From assembly GCA_003614675.1 (NCBI GenBank), contig ML002301.1, forward strand, positions 1 to 45,644: a DNA stretch of 45,644 nt, written 5' to 3'. The notes under the pieces were generated by a model. That model was not told the DNA's origin and did not search any database. It was given only the letters and a program-made list of their open reading frames with translations. The translations under genes and the position numbers were made by a program. This document shows positions 1 through 12,392 of this stretch, one piece after another. How positions within the stretch are numbered: position 1 is the first letter of the stretch; each line of letters begins with the position of its first letter. This DNA comes from Dimargaris cristalligena. Lineage: Eukaryota.

Positions 1-1368
1 GCACATCAACAGCCAAGGGAAAATATAATGGTAGGTAGAGCGAGGATGTGTGGGATGTCCCTAATTCACCGACAAGGTCGCACAACCCCCAACAATAACA
101 CCGCTCCTCACTGCACCTCGGAGCTTCTATAGTTCTTTTCCATTTTTGCCATTATTTTGGGGGAAGGCTGTGGGGAGGGGAAATGAAACGTGTGACCCCT
201 TCTTTCTCCTTCTCTTGTTATAAGGAAATGTGTCGCATGTTTAGAACTGAGTCGACTGGGAAAGGGGGGACCTGGCAGCCAGCTGTGTCCCCCTCCCCGC
301 TGAACAATGGTCAGTGGCGTGTACTTGGGAGTATGCCTGATCCACAGTCCATCTGTAATGGTCCAAGTTACCGGGTTGTAAAATTTAAGAATACCCCGGG
401 GGCTTGGACCTTGGTGGAATAAAGTTAAATATTACCCGGAGGCTTAAAACACGTTGTAATCTTTAAGAATAAAAGACGTGTGTGTATATATCATCTTATA
501 TTGTGTTGGTGATACATTATTACCATCAGGCAGTCTTATTTGGCGTCGAGAACTGTAGGACCAAATGATCCACTATTTGCTTCGTAATTAAACGACCCAC
601 TCTTCTCCATTTGGATATATCTCTCTAACGCGTATTCTATTAGGGGTTACCACGTCGCATGGTATAGCCGGGTTATCAGAGAAATTTCCTATCAAGAGGA
701 ATAAAGTTGGAGAGGATGGTGTGGGCTATTTGCCCGTAAAGCCAAGAAGTGTATTCCCTCTTCGGTGGTGAGGGAGTATCACCCGCCTGCAAGTAGCAGC
801 CAGGCTAGCTATTATATTTCTGAATCTGCCAATATCGACAATACGGCCGTGGTGAAGGAGGAGAAAAAAGAGATTATTAAACTATTTAGAGTGAGTGTCT
901 CTACAGGCTGGAACTGGGTAAGCTAAGGAAGCTTCCCAGCGTACTATACCCCTCCCTTCTATTCTGCTATAGGCGCAATCCTTGAACCTCTCCAGTGGTG
1001 TTTGACCTTCACTTAGTCTCTGTCTGTATCTATTATTCCCCACATTCTTCACATTGTGCATTCCCTTAGGAAACTCCACGGCGCTCCATATACCACAACG
1101 CCTACCACTTTACCCTCTCAGCCCTCTTGTTTGACCTCTTTCCACGGTACGTAGTTGTTAGCTACTCTACACCACATTTCCCCTGTTTCTCATCTTATCC
1201 ATCTCCGCATTCCCCTGGGTTTTATCTCCACTTAAATATCCCGCATTCTTCCCATCTATCACTCACCCTTACCGTTCCTACTCAGCTTGTACACCCTCTT
1301 AACCGAGTCCCTCTCCTCTCACCACAACACACCCTTCGTCAATCTCCACACCCCCAGATTCTTCAGCC

Positions 1369-2732
1369 ATGACCTACCAGCAAGGTCCCGCCCATTCCGT
1401 ATTATTTGACGCCTCACAGGCCTCCTACGATGCCGACGGCTACGATGCGTCCGGTCACCACCACCACACGGCGGGATACGCGGATGGAGGAGGCGAATAC
1501 GATGACGCCCATCACCAGGCCTACGCCGGCAGTTACTACGATCAGCAGCAGTACCAGCAGGACCACCATCCCCACCATGCCGGTGCCCCGGGCGGTGGTA
1601 ATGTCCACGGCTCGGTGGCCCCGGGTGGTGGAAGTGGTGGCCCCGGGATCGGCGGAGCTGGAATAGGAGGAGGAGGAGGAGGTGGAGACTCGCATGGCGT
1701 ACCCGGCGGGGCCGATCTTAATAACCCGTACGGGGGTGGATTACAATTCTACAATTCCCAATACGACGCTTCATTCACCCAAGGTGGTCATGGGGCTGGC
1801 GGCAGTGGCGGTTACTACGGGGCCAGTGGCTATGGCGATCCCTCCGCCGGCGCGGGGGGCCTCGACGGCACCGGCGGAGCTCCGGCGTTTGAACCTTTCC
1901 CCGTTGAAGTATCGATCCTGGCGGCGTTCGGGTCCGGTGGGTTACCGGGGGAACCCCCGCTAATGGAGGAATTGGGCATCAACTTCGGTCACATTGCCAC
2001 CAAAAGCCTGACGGTCCTCAATCCCGCGCGGGCGGTGCCCAAGGATTTAATGGACGACGCCGACATGTCCGGGCCGCTCATTTTCTGCCTGCTTTTCGGT
2101 ACCTTTTTGCTCTTTTCGGGCAAGGTCCACTTTGGCTATATTTACGGCGTGGGCTTGCTCGGCTGCTTGTCCGTCTATTTCCTGCTCAATCTGATGAGTG
2201 AGACGGGCCTTGATGGTTATCGCACCACGAGTGTGTTGGGGTATAGTCTGTTACCCATGGTGCTCCTCAGTAGCATCAGTCTTTTGCTTAAACTTAGGTA
2301 AGTTCGTTTAAAACAGGACCTGTGGAATTTAGATTAGTGAGGCGGGCTCGGATGGTCGCGTATATCACCACCCCCTTGCTTAAAGCAGATGGAACCTCAA
2401 CGGCGTCGGACGCTTCTCCCACTTTGCGTATCAACGACCTCTTTAAACCAAATGTCCGGGATATTTATTGACTCCTCCCCCTTACTCTGTACATTCGTCC
2501 AATATTAATCACTCACCCACCCCTGTGCTTGCCTCATATATCCACCGCCCTTCCACCCAAATCAAATAGCTCCAGCATCGGCTACATATTCTCCTGTTTA
2601 GCCGTCCTTTGGTGTACCTACTCCGCGTCCACCGTGTTCGTTACTGTTCTGTCCATGAGTAACCAACGGCTGCTCGTCGCCTACCCGGTGGGCCTGTTCT
2701 ACACCTGTTTCGCCCTCATGACCGTTTTCTAA
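1369..2732 (+). CDS. YIP1: Yip1-domain Golgi/ER membrane protein (YIPF5/Yip1). Exons 1369-2297 and 2570-2732, about 363 aa
   Basis: Motifs EPPLMEELGINFGHI, DADMSGPLIFCLLFG, GKVHFGYIYG, SVLGYSLLPMV, WCTYSAS and QRLLVAYPVGLFY. GTAAGT donor at 2298 and TAG acceptor at 2569 join in frame (phase 2). Confidence 0.95.
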
Positions 2733-4347
2733 GTGCAAAAGGCAGTCTGCCACCCTCCCCCCCGCCCTACGCTGTGCTTCCGTGTCTGGGATTTCACCAT
2801 CCCCCCCCCCTCTCTCTCTCTTCGTTAGTTGGCTCGTGTCCATTACTACTAGCATCGTCCTTACGTTATCTTCCTTCCCTCTGATGAGTTATTCATTATT
2901 TTATATTTTCAATCGCTTGACATGGATGCGCGCGCGGTGGGGAGAGTGGTTGGCTACCCTCGCCTTCTCCCTTGCTCTCCTCACCACTACCCATTCCTCC
3001 TCTCCATCTCTGTCTATACATCGCTCTGCCCCCACCTCGTTCCTATTTCTTCTGATCTTCTGTCTCCGTTTTCACACACCTCCACCCTCCCCCCTTCGTA
3101 CATTAAAGTAACAAAAGTACAGTCTAATTGAATTGTATAGCTTAATCACCTACTACTACCCCATGATTGGACATTGTTTTACCGTGGCCCCCGCGTCCCA
3201 GCTAACACCATCTCTCCCTCTATAAAGTAACCCCCACCCCACATGCCGTTTATAGCCATCGAAAAGGCTATTGCCAGAGGGCCCGCTTAAACTAATACTA
3301 TTCCTGATTAGTATAAATTAAAGAAGGGCGGGCTGATGAGACGCGGTACCCGTATTCAATGCGAGTCGATTAACAGTATAGATGAAGGCACGCCAATGAA
3401 ACATCCGCATACCAGTCATTAGATTCAAAATTATACTCAAATAGCCGGATAATAAGTAGACCACTTTCTTTGGGCGTTCGAGAATGGGCAGAAGTCACAT
3501 CTATCTCCGCCCTATATCCCCACCCCCCTTCTCCTCCCAACTATAGCAATACATGTATTGCTAATTGCCAGATCCAAAACCATCGACTATCTATTACAAC
3601 TTATATAAAACTATACTCCCCACTACTGCTGATATTATACATGATAATACCCCCCGAAGACAAAATGATTCGATAGCCATTCCTGGAGTGGCTTCGTTGG
3701 TCAGGTGCACGACAACCTAATATAATGCTTATTTTCCCACCTCTTTCTTTCTTTTGGTTTTTGATGGGTATATATTAAATTCAATAAGGGGAGGGGGAAA
3801 GAGAGACAAGGTTGATGACACAACTTTTGGTTTGTGAGCACACAATTGATTAAAGTCGCGGTATCAACATAATGGCAGGAACCACGCCATTTACTAGTTA
3901 GAACAACAGATAATTACGCAACCGGAATAGAATTGGTAATGCATATATATATGTATATATATATAAAGATAAAAGGGTAGGTATATGAAACAAGGTGAAA
4001 ACGATGAATCACTACCACCAAACAACTGGTAGTCGAGCCACATGATCCGAAGTAAAAAATAGCGGGACTGCATCAGGAATGGGGACATCCAAGAAACAAG
4101 AGGGGGAAAAGTGGCTCCTCCCTCTCTCTTCCTTGCCTGACAATTACTGAGCCACTAAGTCACCAAACAAAATTAAACATCGACTGGGTGGAATCGCGGG
4201 CAGTTGCGAAATAAAACTAAATAGAAGAGCGAGATGGGTGACTGGCAGGTAGCCGCTATAAAATTACTCAAGGGTCAATCTTATGATACATGGGGCATAG
4301 TCCTTCTGCCGATACACGCATTCGAAAGTATCCCTTCTGGGGCTCGC

Positions 4348-6810
4348 TTAATAATAGCTCGAGCCATGGAAACTAGTAAAGTTAATGAGACTGTGGGTGT
4401 GGGTATTTCCCAGCAGAGGTGCGCCATTCTGGGGGTTGTTGGCGGCCATAAACCCGCCATTATTAACCTGGGGCTGTTGACCAGCGGGTCCACCCGAACC
4501 AGGGTTACCGTTGGCGGTCTGGGCGGCACCAGGAGCAGAAGACGCCCCGAAACCATTGGTTGAGGCAGTGGAATCGTTGATCATACCAGAGCTCGACATG
4601 GTCCCATTCGCAGGTCGGATATTGGTGTTGTTAAACATCATCGACGGTCCCGATGGAGTAGTTCCGGTGGGGCTGTGCAAGGGCCGGTTGTTGGGGTGCA
4701 GTCCATTACCGTTCATGGTGCCATGTCCCAAGTGGTTCCCAACTCCATTAAGGCCAGACACTGACGAAACGGCGTAGGCATTGTCAGAGTGGTGGAAATG
4801 GCCATTGGTCAGCATGTTCGTGGGATGCAGCGAAGTAGCAACGATGGGCGCGTTGGGCAGGTTATAGATGCTGGGTCCTGTACCATTTTCCCTGGTGGCT
4901 TGCCCTGGGGTCGCGGTGCCGCTGGTTGGGGTAATGGGGTGTCCCGGTTGGGGCCCGGTCTCCATAGAAGCGGGTGGGGCTGAAACTACCACATGTCCTC
5001 CGGCAGGACGGGTGAGAACAGTACGCTTGCCATTCGCTTTACCGTCACCCCCACCGGACTTGCGGGATCGGGCCTGCCCCGACGCGGGGTCGAACCGTTG
5101 GCGTTTGCGAATAACGTCCGTCTTCAGTGAGACGGGCCGTTTCGACTGATGTAATTTGAAATACAGTCCGCATGCATTACACAAGGTAGCACCCTCCTCG
5201 TCCCGGCGCCAGAGTGGGGTGGTCGTGGTCGAGCAGTTACTGCATACGGGTAGATTAGCCAGGTCATCGGGGCGGGCATCCTTGCGGACTGAATGGGGAC
5301 GCATGGTCTTGGGCCGATCGGTATTGTGCAGCTTATAGTACAGACCACAGGCATTACAGAGAAGTTTATCATTGGCCGATCTGCGCCAAAGAGGGGTCGA
5401 GGTAACCCCACAGTTGGCACAGGTCTGCGCAGACCCACCGGTACTGTTCTTCGCGGAACTACCGCCGGAGGTTCGGGCTTTCTTGGGAGGACTGGGTTCG
5501 CTGGGATCGCGAGGGCTGCAGCACTCGGGGCTCTCCGATCCGTGAATATCCGTGTCGCATTCGGGGCTCGCCGAATTGCCGGCCGTACTGGGCGGAGACA
5601 TGGACACCGAACTGGCAGTGAAGTAGCAGTGGGCATGGTTATGGGCCGAATGATCCGGGTGGGGAGTGGTCTGGGGGGATTCGGACAAGGTGGGGTGCTG
5701 CGCCTTCGGAGTAGACTGATTAGAGAGCGCCGGGGAAGGTGACGAGTGACCTTGGAAGGCCACTGCATTACCACCAGACGAACCATTCATGACAGCAGCA
5801 ATGGCTGCCCGGGGGTCGACTACAGAGCCACCCATGGACCCAGCCAAAGGTCGAAACGAGACTGGGGTAATGCCAGGTCCGGAACCTGATGTTGGTAGCG
5901 CCCAGGGGTTTGGCATCATCGGGTTCATGGCCAAGCCGGAGTGGTAGCCATTCGAAGTATTATTCAGGGAGGCGTTCTGAATATTGACCATTTGGGCCGC
6001 CGGTGGTATCATGGCCAAATTGGAGTTGGAAAATTGGGCGGCACCGCCTAGATTATTCCAGCCGTTCATACCTAGGATATCATCAATAGATATTTCGATA
6101 TGGGGAGGCTGGTCCGCATTGCCCAGAAAAGCGGTGGCACCGAAACTGTTGAGAATATCATCAATTCCGGTGTCGCCTAACTGGCCGAGGTTGAAGCCTC
6201 CGGTGAGATCCTCGTCGTTCTGAGACACAAAAATAGCATTGTGGCCCGACCGATTCGCGGGGGCGATACCATAATATCCCGACTGGGCCAATCCGGTGGT
6301 GGAAGCGGCAACGGCGGTCGAAGTTTCCTGGGTAGCGGGAACCACGGGTTCCACAAGAGGTAACGGGCTAACAGGCTGGGATTGGGGATGGGGGCGAATC
6401 TCGGCCACGGAGGCACGGGGTGTAGGTTCGGACGACACCGGGGCGGGTGTGGCCATCGCTTTGGAGCTCATTTGCTCGACGGGGGAGGTGGGCTTAGAGC
6501 GCTTCTTACGAGCCCGGCCCGCCAGACCGATTCCGCGGGGGCGGTTGGGTAGGGATTTCTTGTTGGACTCGAGTTCAGCGGTGGTCTTGGCAGATAGCTT
6601 GCGGAACGGCTGCATATCACAGCCATCCAAGACCAGACCGTGCAGGTGCCACAGGCGCCAGGAAAGGTTTTCCAGGCGGGAACCGTCCTCAAGGGAGTCC
6701 TTGACCTTGGTAATGACTCGCCAGGTCTTGCTGAGTTCCTCGACACTTCCAACGTCATTGAACTGGCTAAACAGTTTGTTGCCTTTGATCTTAAGGATTA
6801 GAGGCGCCAT
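4348..6810 (-). CDS. GATA transcription factor with an N-terminal DUF1752-type domain and two C-x2-C-x17-C-x2-C zinc fingers (AreA/Gat1-related), 820 aa, intronless
   Basis: N-terminal [11 protein letters not shown] motif. Fingers [25 protein letters not shown] and [25 protein letters not shown], followed by the basic tail [15 protein letters not shown]. Confidence 0.93.
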   Translation of the reverse strand: MAPLILKIKGNKLFSQFNDVGSVEELSKTWRVITKVKDSLEDGSRLENLSWRLWHLHGLVLDGCDMQPFRKLSAKTTAELESNKKSLPNRPRGIGLAGRARKKRSKPTSPVEQMSSKAMATPAPVSSEPTPRASVAEIRPHPQSQPVSPLPLVEPVVPATQETSTAVAASTTGLAQSGYYGIAPANRSGHNAIFVSQNDEDLTGGFNLGQLGDTGIDDILNSFGATAFLGNADQPPHIEISIDDILGMNGWNNLGGAAQFSNSNLAMIPPAAQMVNIQNASLNNTSNGYHSGLAMNPMMPNPWALPTSGSGPGITPVSFRPLAGSMGGSVVDPRAAIAAVMNGSSGGNAVAFQGHSSPSPALSNQSTPKAQHPTLSESPQTTPHPDHSAHNHAHCYFTASSVSMSPPSTAGNSASPECDTDIHGSESPECCSPRDPSEPSPPKKARTSGGSSAKNSTGGSAQTCANCGVTSTPLWRRSANDKLLCNACGLYYKLHNTDRPKTMRPHSVRKDARPDDLANLPVCSNCSTTTTPLWRRDEEGATLCNACGLYFKLHQSKRPVSLKTDVIRKRQRFDPASGQARSRKSGGGDGKANGKRTVLTRPAGGHVVVSAPPASMETGPQPGHPITPTSGTATPGQATRENGTGPSIYNLPNAPIVATSLHPTNMLTNGHFHHSDNAYAVSSVSGLNGVGNHLGHGTMNGNGLHPNNRPLHSPTGTTPSGPSMMFNNTNIRPANGTMSSSGMINDSTASTNGFGASSAPGAAQTANGNPGSGGPAGQQPQVNNGGFMAANNPQNGAPLLGNTHTHSLINFTSFHGSSYY

Positions 6811-7209
6811 GATTCCGGATTAATGGAATCCGGGTGAAATATTAAAGGGGGGTAACTATCGCCGGAGGGGGTTGATTATTCGGGATGGATCAGATCAGGT
6901 AAAGATCCGAGAGGTGGGGAACAATTAATAGTAATATAGGAAGTAAAGTGAAGAATCGCCACGGGCGCGGGGATATTGATGATATCACTTAAATAGGGCC
7001 AAGGAAGTTCGAGAAACGGGCAACCTTGATGAAAGTGGTAGTAGAAACTAAGGCGATAAAGTCGAAATTAATGGACCTTATCAAGGTCAAATTGTGGGTT
7101 TTGAGAGTATAAGCGAAGGAGTAGAAATGCGGCCAGGTCGGGTGTGTGGAGAGGCAACTTGGGGAGGAGTATAGTAGCGAATTTAAATTTTGAAAGCTGG
7201 GGAAGAGCT

Positions 7210-7226
7210 AGATAACGTAATTATCT
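7210..7226. promoter_or_regulatory. Inverted pair of GATA motifs (AGATAA-N5-TTATCT), about 400 bp upstream of the GATA factor start codon
   Basis: Sequence agataacgtaattatct read directly; matches the HGATAR consensus on both strands. Function is inferred. Confidence 0.45.
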
Positions 7227-10200
7227 CAGTCAAAAAAAAAGATGAGGGAATCGGAATGGCAAGAACCAATAAAAAATAGATTAGAGGATGCCCAGGAATA
7301 GCAGCAGCTCGGCTTTGAGAAGAAATGTAAGAAACGTGGACCTATAAATGCGGCGAAAGGGATAAACTGACCAATGAACAAGATGAGGAAGGGCAGGCCA
7401 ATGCGGACTGCCCAACGGAACTAGTAAACTACCCACGATCGAGGGGGGAGGATAGTGCCCGGCTAAAAATTGTACAGAGCGGATTCGTTGTATGCGTAGA
7501 CACGCCGAGCGTGCCGGGGACTCGGGTCGGTAAGTCGAATCGATTTACCGATACGCCAACAATAAAATAAGAGGGGAATCGGGGATGACTAGTTGACCAG
7601 CCAATAGTGGGGGAAATAGAGTAAAGAAGAACAAAAAAAGGGGGGAACCGAAGGGAAGGGAGAAGAGGTGTGGGATAGTTGGGTGGTTCGACTAAGAGAA
7701 GGCGAAAGAGTACGCGAAGAACCAGTTGAAGGACGGACGGTGACAGTTAAAAGATATAATAGAAGTGGACATATGTACTCGAGGGGCCAAACGAGGGCGC
7801 TTAAGAATTAAAAATACGAAGCAATGTCAACCGGCGGAATCGCGGAATGGTGGGCAATGAAACCCAAAGAACAAATAAGGGGGTAAAGAATGGTGAGGGG
7901 GTCAAGTCTTCGCCGTTCGTTTGGAAAGAGCACGGAGCTAAACCAAAAAACGACCGAGGAAATTGGGGTTGGAGGGAGGGGAAAAGCTCGGACTCACGAC
8001 GAAACCATGAAAACGAGTCGAAGTGGGCCGCGCAGCGACGGAGCAGTCAACAACTAACAAGTTAGACTGGAGAGGGAGAGGCGGCTGGGGCTAGTGAGCT
8101 GGATAGAGCAAAGCGGAGTAGAGGAAGGATATGTGCAAGTAAAGTGGGGAAGGATAGGTTAGGCTATGTTAGGTTAAGAGCGCAGGATAGGCTGTTTCGA
8201 GAAGGAAAAAGACTGCTCTCTATACCCAGGCTGGACTCTTTAACAGGGAAGTATTGGGGCGCTTGCTAAAGATACCGGGAAAGTCGGATTAGTAGAGGGA
8301 GGGCTATGGAATTGGCGGGAATAGTAAGGGGGTCGGAGACAGGGCTAGGAGGAACTAAGGGAACGAAAGGGATTTATAGGGGCCACGAGGAGACGACAAA
8401 CTAAACTACCTGGGTAAAAGGCCTGGTAGCGCGATAAGCTTACGTACAGTGGTGTTAAAAGGCGGGAGGGGTTAGCAGGTGCCTAGTACACACACAATAG
8501 ATATACTAATAGGGAGAGGAACGGAGCAGCGGGTCGGGAAGGGCCAATGGGCACAGCACGGGCAAGAGAGGAGGACGGGAAGTGTTAGGTAAGCTCGGAT
8601 AAAGGGCCACCAAAACGAGTAAGGGCTAGAAGAGAGAGTGTATGTGTTGATAAATAGGAACAAGTGATTGAGGCAAATGTAAAGGAAAGAGACTATGCGG
8701 GGACGGGGAGTATAACGCGCGACCAAGCAAGAGCTACGGTTAGAGAGAGAGAGAGAGAGGGAGGGAGGGTTTGGGGGAGTTTGGTGAATTGTATGTGGTA
8801 GAGCGGAATGCGGGTGGGTGGAGCGGAAGGGAAAGAAGCCAGAACTAAAGTAGTATAAAAGACGAAAAAGAGACGGGAGGGGAGGCGGGCACGATGGGGA
8901 TTTTATATTAGTGGTGGGGCGGAGGAAGGGTATATGCGCATTCAGCCAATGCGATGGCGATGGGAAGACGACGTGGGGGGAGGGGAAGAGGGTTAGTGAG
9001 GGTGAGAAGTCGGGAGGGTATTACAAACCATATAGACTGGGGAAAAGGCGGGATGGCCGATTGGCTGGTAGGGAACTGAGGAAAAGGAGGGGAAAGAGAG
9101 GGGTGCTGTGAGAGGTGCAGTTGGGCAACGAGAGGGGAAAGGAGGCTCTATAGTAGGAATAGAGAGGAATGTAAGTAAATAGTGGCAGTGTGGAAAACAG
9201 GGTGTGGGGTTATAATAATCATAAGCAGTCTTTTTCCCCGCTACTACATAGTATAAATCCCTACCTCTTTCTCCCTTTTTTTGCCCAGCCAGTCCATGCA
9301 ATACTGCAGTGGTGTGGAGAGAGAGAGAGAGCAAGGCGACTTACAAGTACTGATCATCAGTATTGTAATCTTATTCCTTCACTTCTCACCTGTTTTTCTA
9401 TAGCTAAGCTGCTCCAGCAGCAGGGCTTAGTTGAACAAAGAGTAGTTGGTGGTGGGGGGTATATAAGAGCTGTGAGTAAAGAAGGGAGTGGGGTCACACA
9501 CCAATCACCAAGCCAAGGTGTGCCCTGAAACGCCAAACTAAATAAATAGACCGACGGGCGGGCCACATAAAACAGCTCTAACCCATGCTATTTAGGACAG
9601 CGGCAGGTGTGTTGCTGTGCCAAGAGTAGTGTAGCAATTACTACAGTTTAGTCTTGCTGTAGAGCAACCGAGGGCAGCATTTGCTTACCGGAGCCAGTTG
9701 CTCACATTACTACCAGTAGACCAGCGGACACTTGGTAGTGAACTGAATTCAGAGAATGGGCGAGACAGCAGTGGAAGGGCACTTACTCGTTGGCCGCTTT
9801 TGGTTAGTCCGGAAGGGGCTGGGACTACGCACCGAAGCATGTCGGAAGAGGGTTCTTCTACGACCAACGAATTGCACAGAAAACCGAAAGATTCCTGCAC
9901 CAGTCCAGTGGACCCTCTTGTTCACCATTGACCACACGAGCAGGAAGGTCCTCGGGACTTCAGTATAGAAGCTGTGTATATTTCGTTGGGATGGTTAAGG
10001 TGGGAAAGGAGGGTGCTGTCATCCCGCCCAACTCCTGCTTAATCGTGCCGCTAGTACAGGACAGGGTCGGTTGTGTTTCGTAGGCCAATGAAATGACACT
10101 CTGGGCTCGCTCCCAGCCTCCGAAGGGCGGAGGTGACACGACACCACCCCTCCTATGTTTACCCTCCTGGCCCTGTCTGCACTGTCGATTCAGCTGTGGG

Positions 10201-10832
10201 CATGGGTAGTCTCATTAGAGAGGGGGGAGGCTTGGTTGCTGCAGGCCCAAGTAGGTAATATCGCCGATTCAATCAATGGATTGATTAAAAAGCCGGGACA
10301 TGCATTATTTCGGACCAAGCCAAGCGTCGCTTACTGCCACCATTAGAACTCAGGAAACAATCAACGAACGAGAACATATTTACCCCTTTTTTTATCTGTA
10401 TTTGGGCAATTCCTTATCTTTAGGCCGAGATCTGCCGAATTCTACAAGGACTATAATATTATCGGATGCCGTATATGGTAACTTTAGGTGTTTCTAGCTA
10501 TACGATATACATACCCATCACCCTGTCTTGATGTGGGCAGACTGGGCAACATAACGATCCACGGTTAGTTGCTCCAGTGTCACCCCCGCGTTTAAACAAT
10601 GGTGAATGGTGTGCGCTTCTTTGGTCTATTCCACGCCCCCCACATTGGGCAACCACCACTTCTCACTGGTTGCCTAATTTCCCAGTGACGAATTCTTCGG
10701 GAGTGGCGAATATGGGAAAAGTGGAAGGATGTGTGGCAATCAACCGAGATACTTTTCGCCGGCCCTCCCTCGGCACCGCCCACTGTATAACCACTAACTA
10801 AGAACTACTAGATACTTTATCCGCCGAAGAGG

Positions 10833-10857
10833 GTGTGTGTGTGTGTGTGTGTGTGTG
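10833..10857. repeat. (GT)n microsatellite
   Basis: About 12 GT units read directly. Confidence 0.9.
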
Positions 10858-12365
10858 GGTAGTAGGGCAATCCATCCCGCTGCTCTTCATGCTACCATAC
10901 CCCCTTTCTCTCTCTCTTGTCGCCTATTGTTTCTGCTTTCTATGGATGGGCCTCATTCATTACGACATCAGCGTCCACATCCGGATCCCTAATTGGCAAT
11001 GGTCATTATAACCAAGGCCAGACCAGGGTACTAACCCCGGTGGTGTGGTTTAATACCGAGTTCGTTACCCACCCAAATAGCTCAAAACAGCAGCCTATAT
11101 ACGCCGGGCCAAATCATTTATCCGGGACATTATTAGTTTTACACATGTTTACTAGCCCAATTAAAAAAAGCCCTTGGACAGTAGTTTTGAAGGCAATGTC
11201 GGCTATTTTATTTCTGTAGTTTTGCCAAGCATATTACGGGGGCAATGTGACTGGCTGGAGGCCCTCGCCTAGTGAAATATGCGATGATCATATCAGACCC
11301 ATCCAATGGTATCTGTTTACACACGCTTGCTTATAATGGTATATAATCCCTCTCTCGGCGGGGGTGAGGGAGGGGGAAAATCGACAGGGATACCCTCCCC
11401 CCTTTTCAGCCACCATCAATGGGGGTAATTGTCACGTTCACTATTGGTCCATTATGTGTCCCACTGATTGGGCGCACGGGTGTTGGGTCATCACGTGGTC
11501 TACATATCCAATGCCTTCTTCGGCAGGCGGTTCGATTACCAATGATAGAGCAGTCGTCGTCGCCCTTGCTTCCGAATTACCCCGACAATAATACACCTCC
11601 TAACTTATACATAGGTAGTGGTGGTCCTTGGTCGAGTTGTCCCGAAACTCACCACCACTACTCTTATGTCCTTTGTTAATAAAAGAGTACTACATTTTCT
11701 TCGCCCATACTGCTGGGACCACTGCGTTTAATTGGGAACCGGGTCATAAAGGATGAGTGACAGGCCTTTTGAAGTAAGAAAACGATGCAACTATGCCCTG
11801 CAGCAGCAGCAGTATATAGTATAGGTCAAACAAGTTTTCTTTTGCAGCAGTGGTGGAATGCCTATTTTACCTCGTGTACTACACAGCACATCCCCCCACC
11901 CACTGCAACACTGGATTGATTGTGCTTGGCCACTGAAACACCAGCCAATTACTGCCAGTTAGGGAGGATGAAGGTCTTATCAGTACATATTTATCACATC
12001 GCTACGTAGCCCCAATTCTAGAATAAACTAAACTAGCACTCTCGGTGGGCGAATTAGCTAACCTATTCTATCTACCGAGCCACTGTCTAGCCAATCCCAA
12101 CAGGTCCATTATTAGAGTATAATAGGGCGTTGCTCTATGTATGGGGTGGTGGATTGAGTGGGGAGAAATGCGGTTTATCACCTGATGGCTGGCTTGTTTA
12201 CCCGCGGCTTAATCGTATTTTTTTTCACAAGCAGTTAATTGGGTGCCTGGTTGAGGAGCTCTCGGTTAGTCTAGCAACAACCAATCTCGGGGGCTTATTT
12301 ATTATCATTATTGAAGAATCCACTATCTTAAACATCTATTCGCTGGTCCCTTAACCAACATTAGT

Positions 12366-12392
12366 ATTATTATTATTATTATTATTATTATT
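12366..12392. repeat. (ATT)n microsatellite
   Basis: About 9 ATT units read directly. Confidence 0.85.

Noticed and set aside
285-326. Similarity to 10577-10618 (VSPSPLNNGQW vs VSPPRLNNGEW; shared aacaatggt, about 30/42 identities)
   Set aside because: A rough binomial estimate gives on the order of one such match by chance in a 45-kb self-comparison, and the similarity does not extend.
4234-6823. Many antisense or alternate-frame ORFs over the GATA gene (similar ones overlap RPP1, QOR, PDE, RFC4 and ARH1)
   Set aside because: Shadow ORFs of GC-rich coding sequence with no recognisable motifs.
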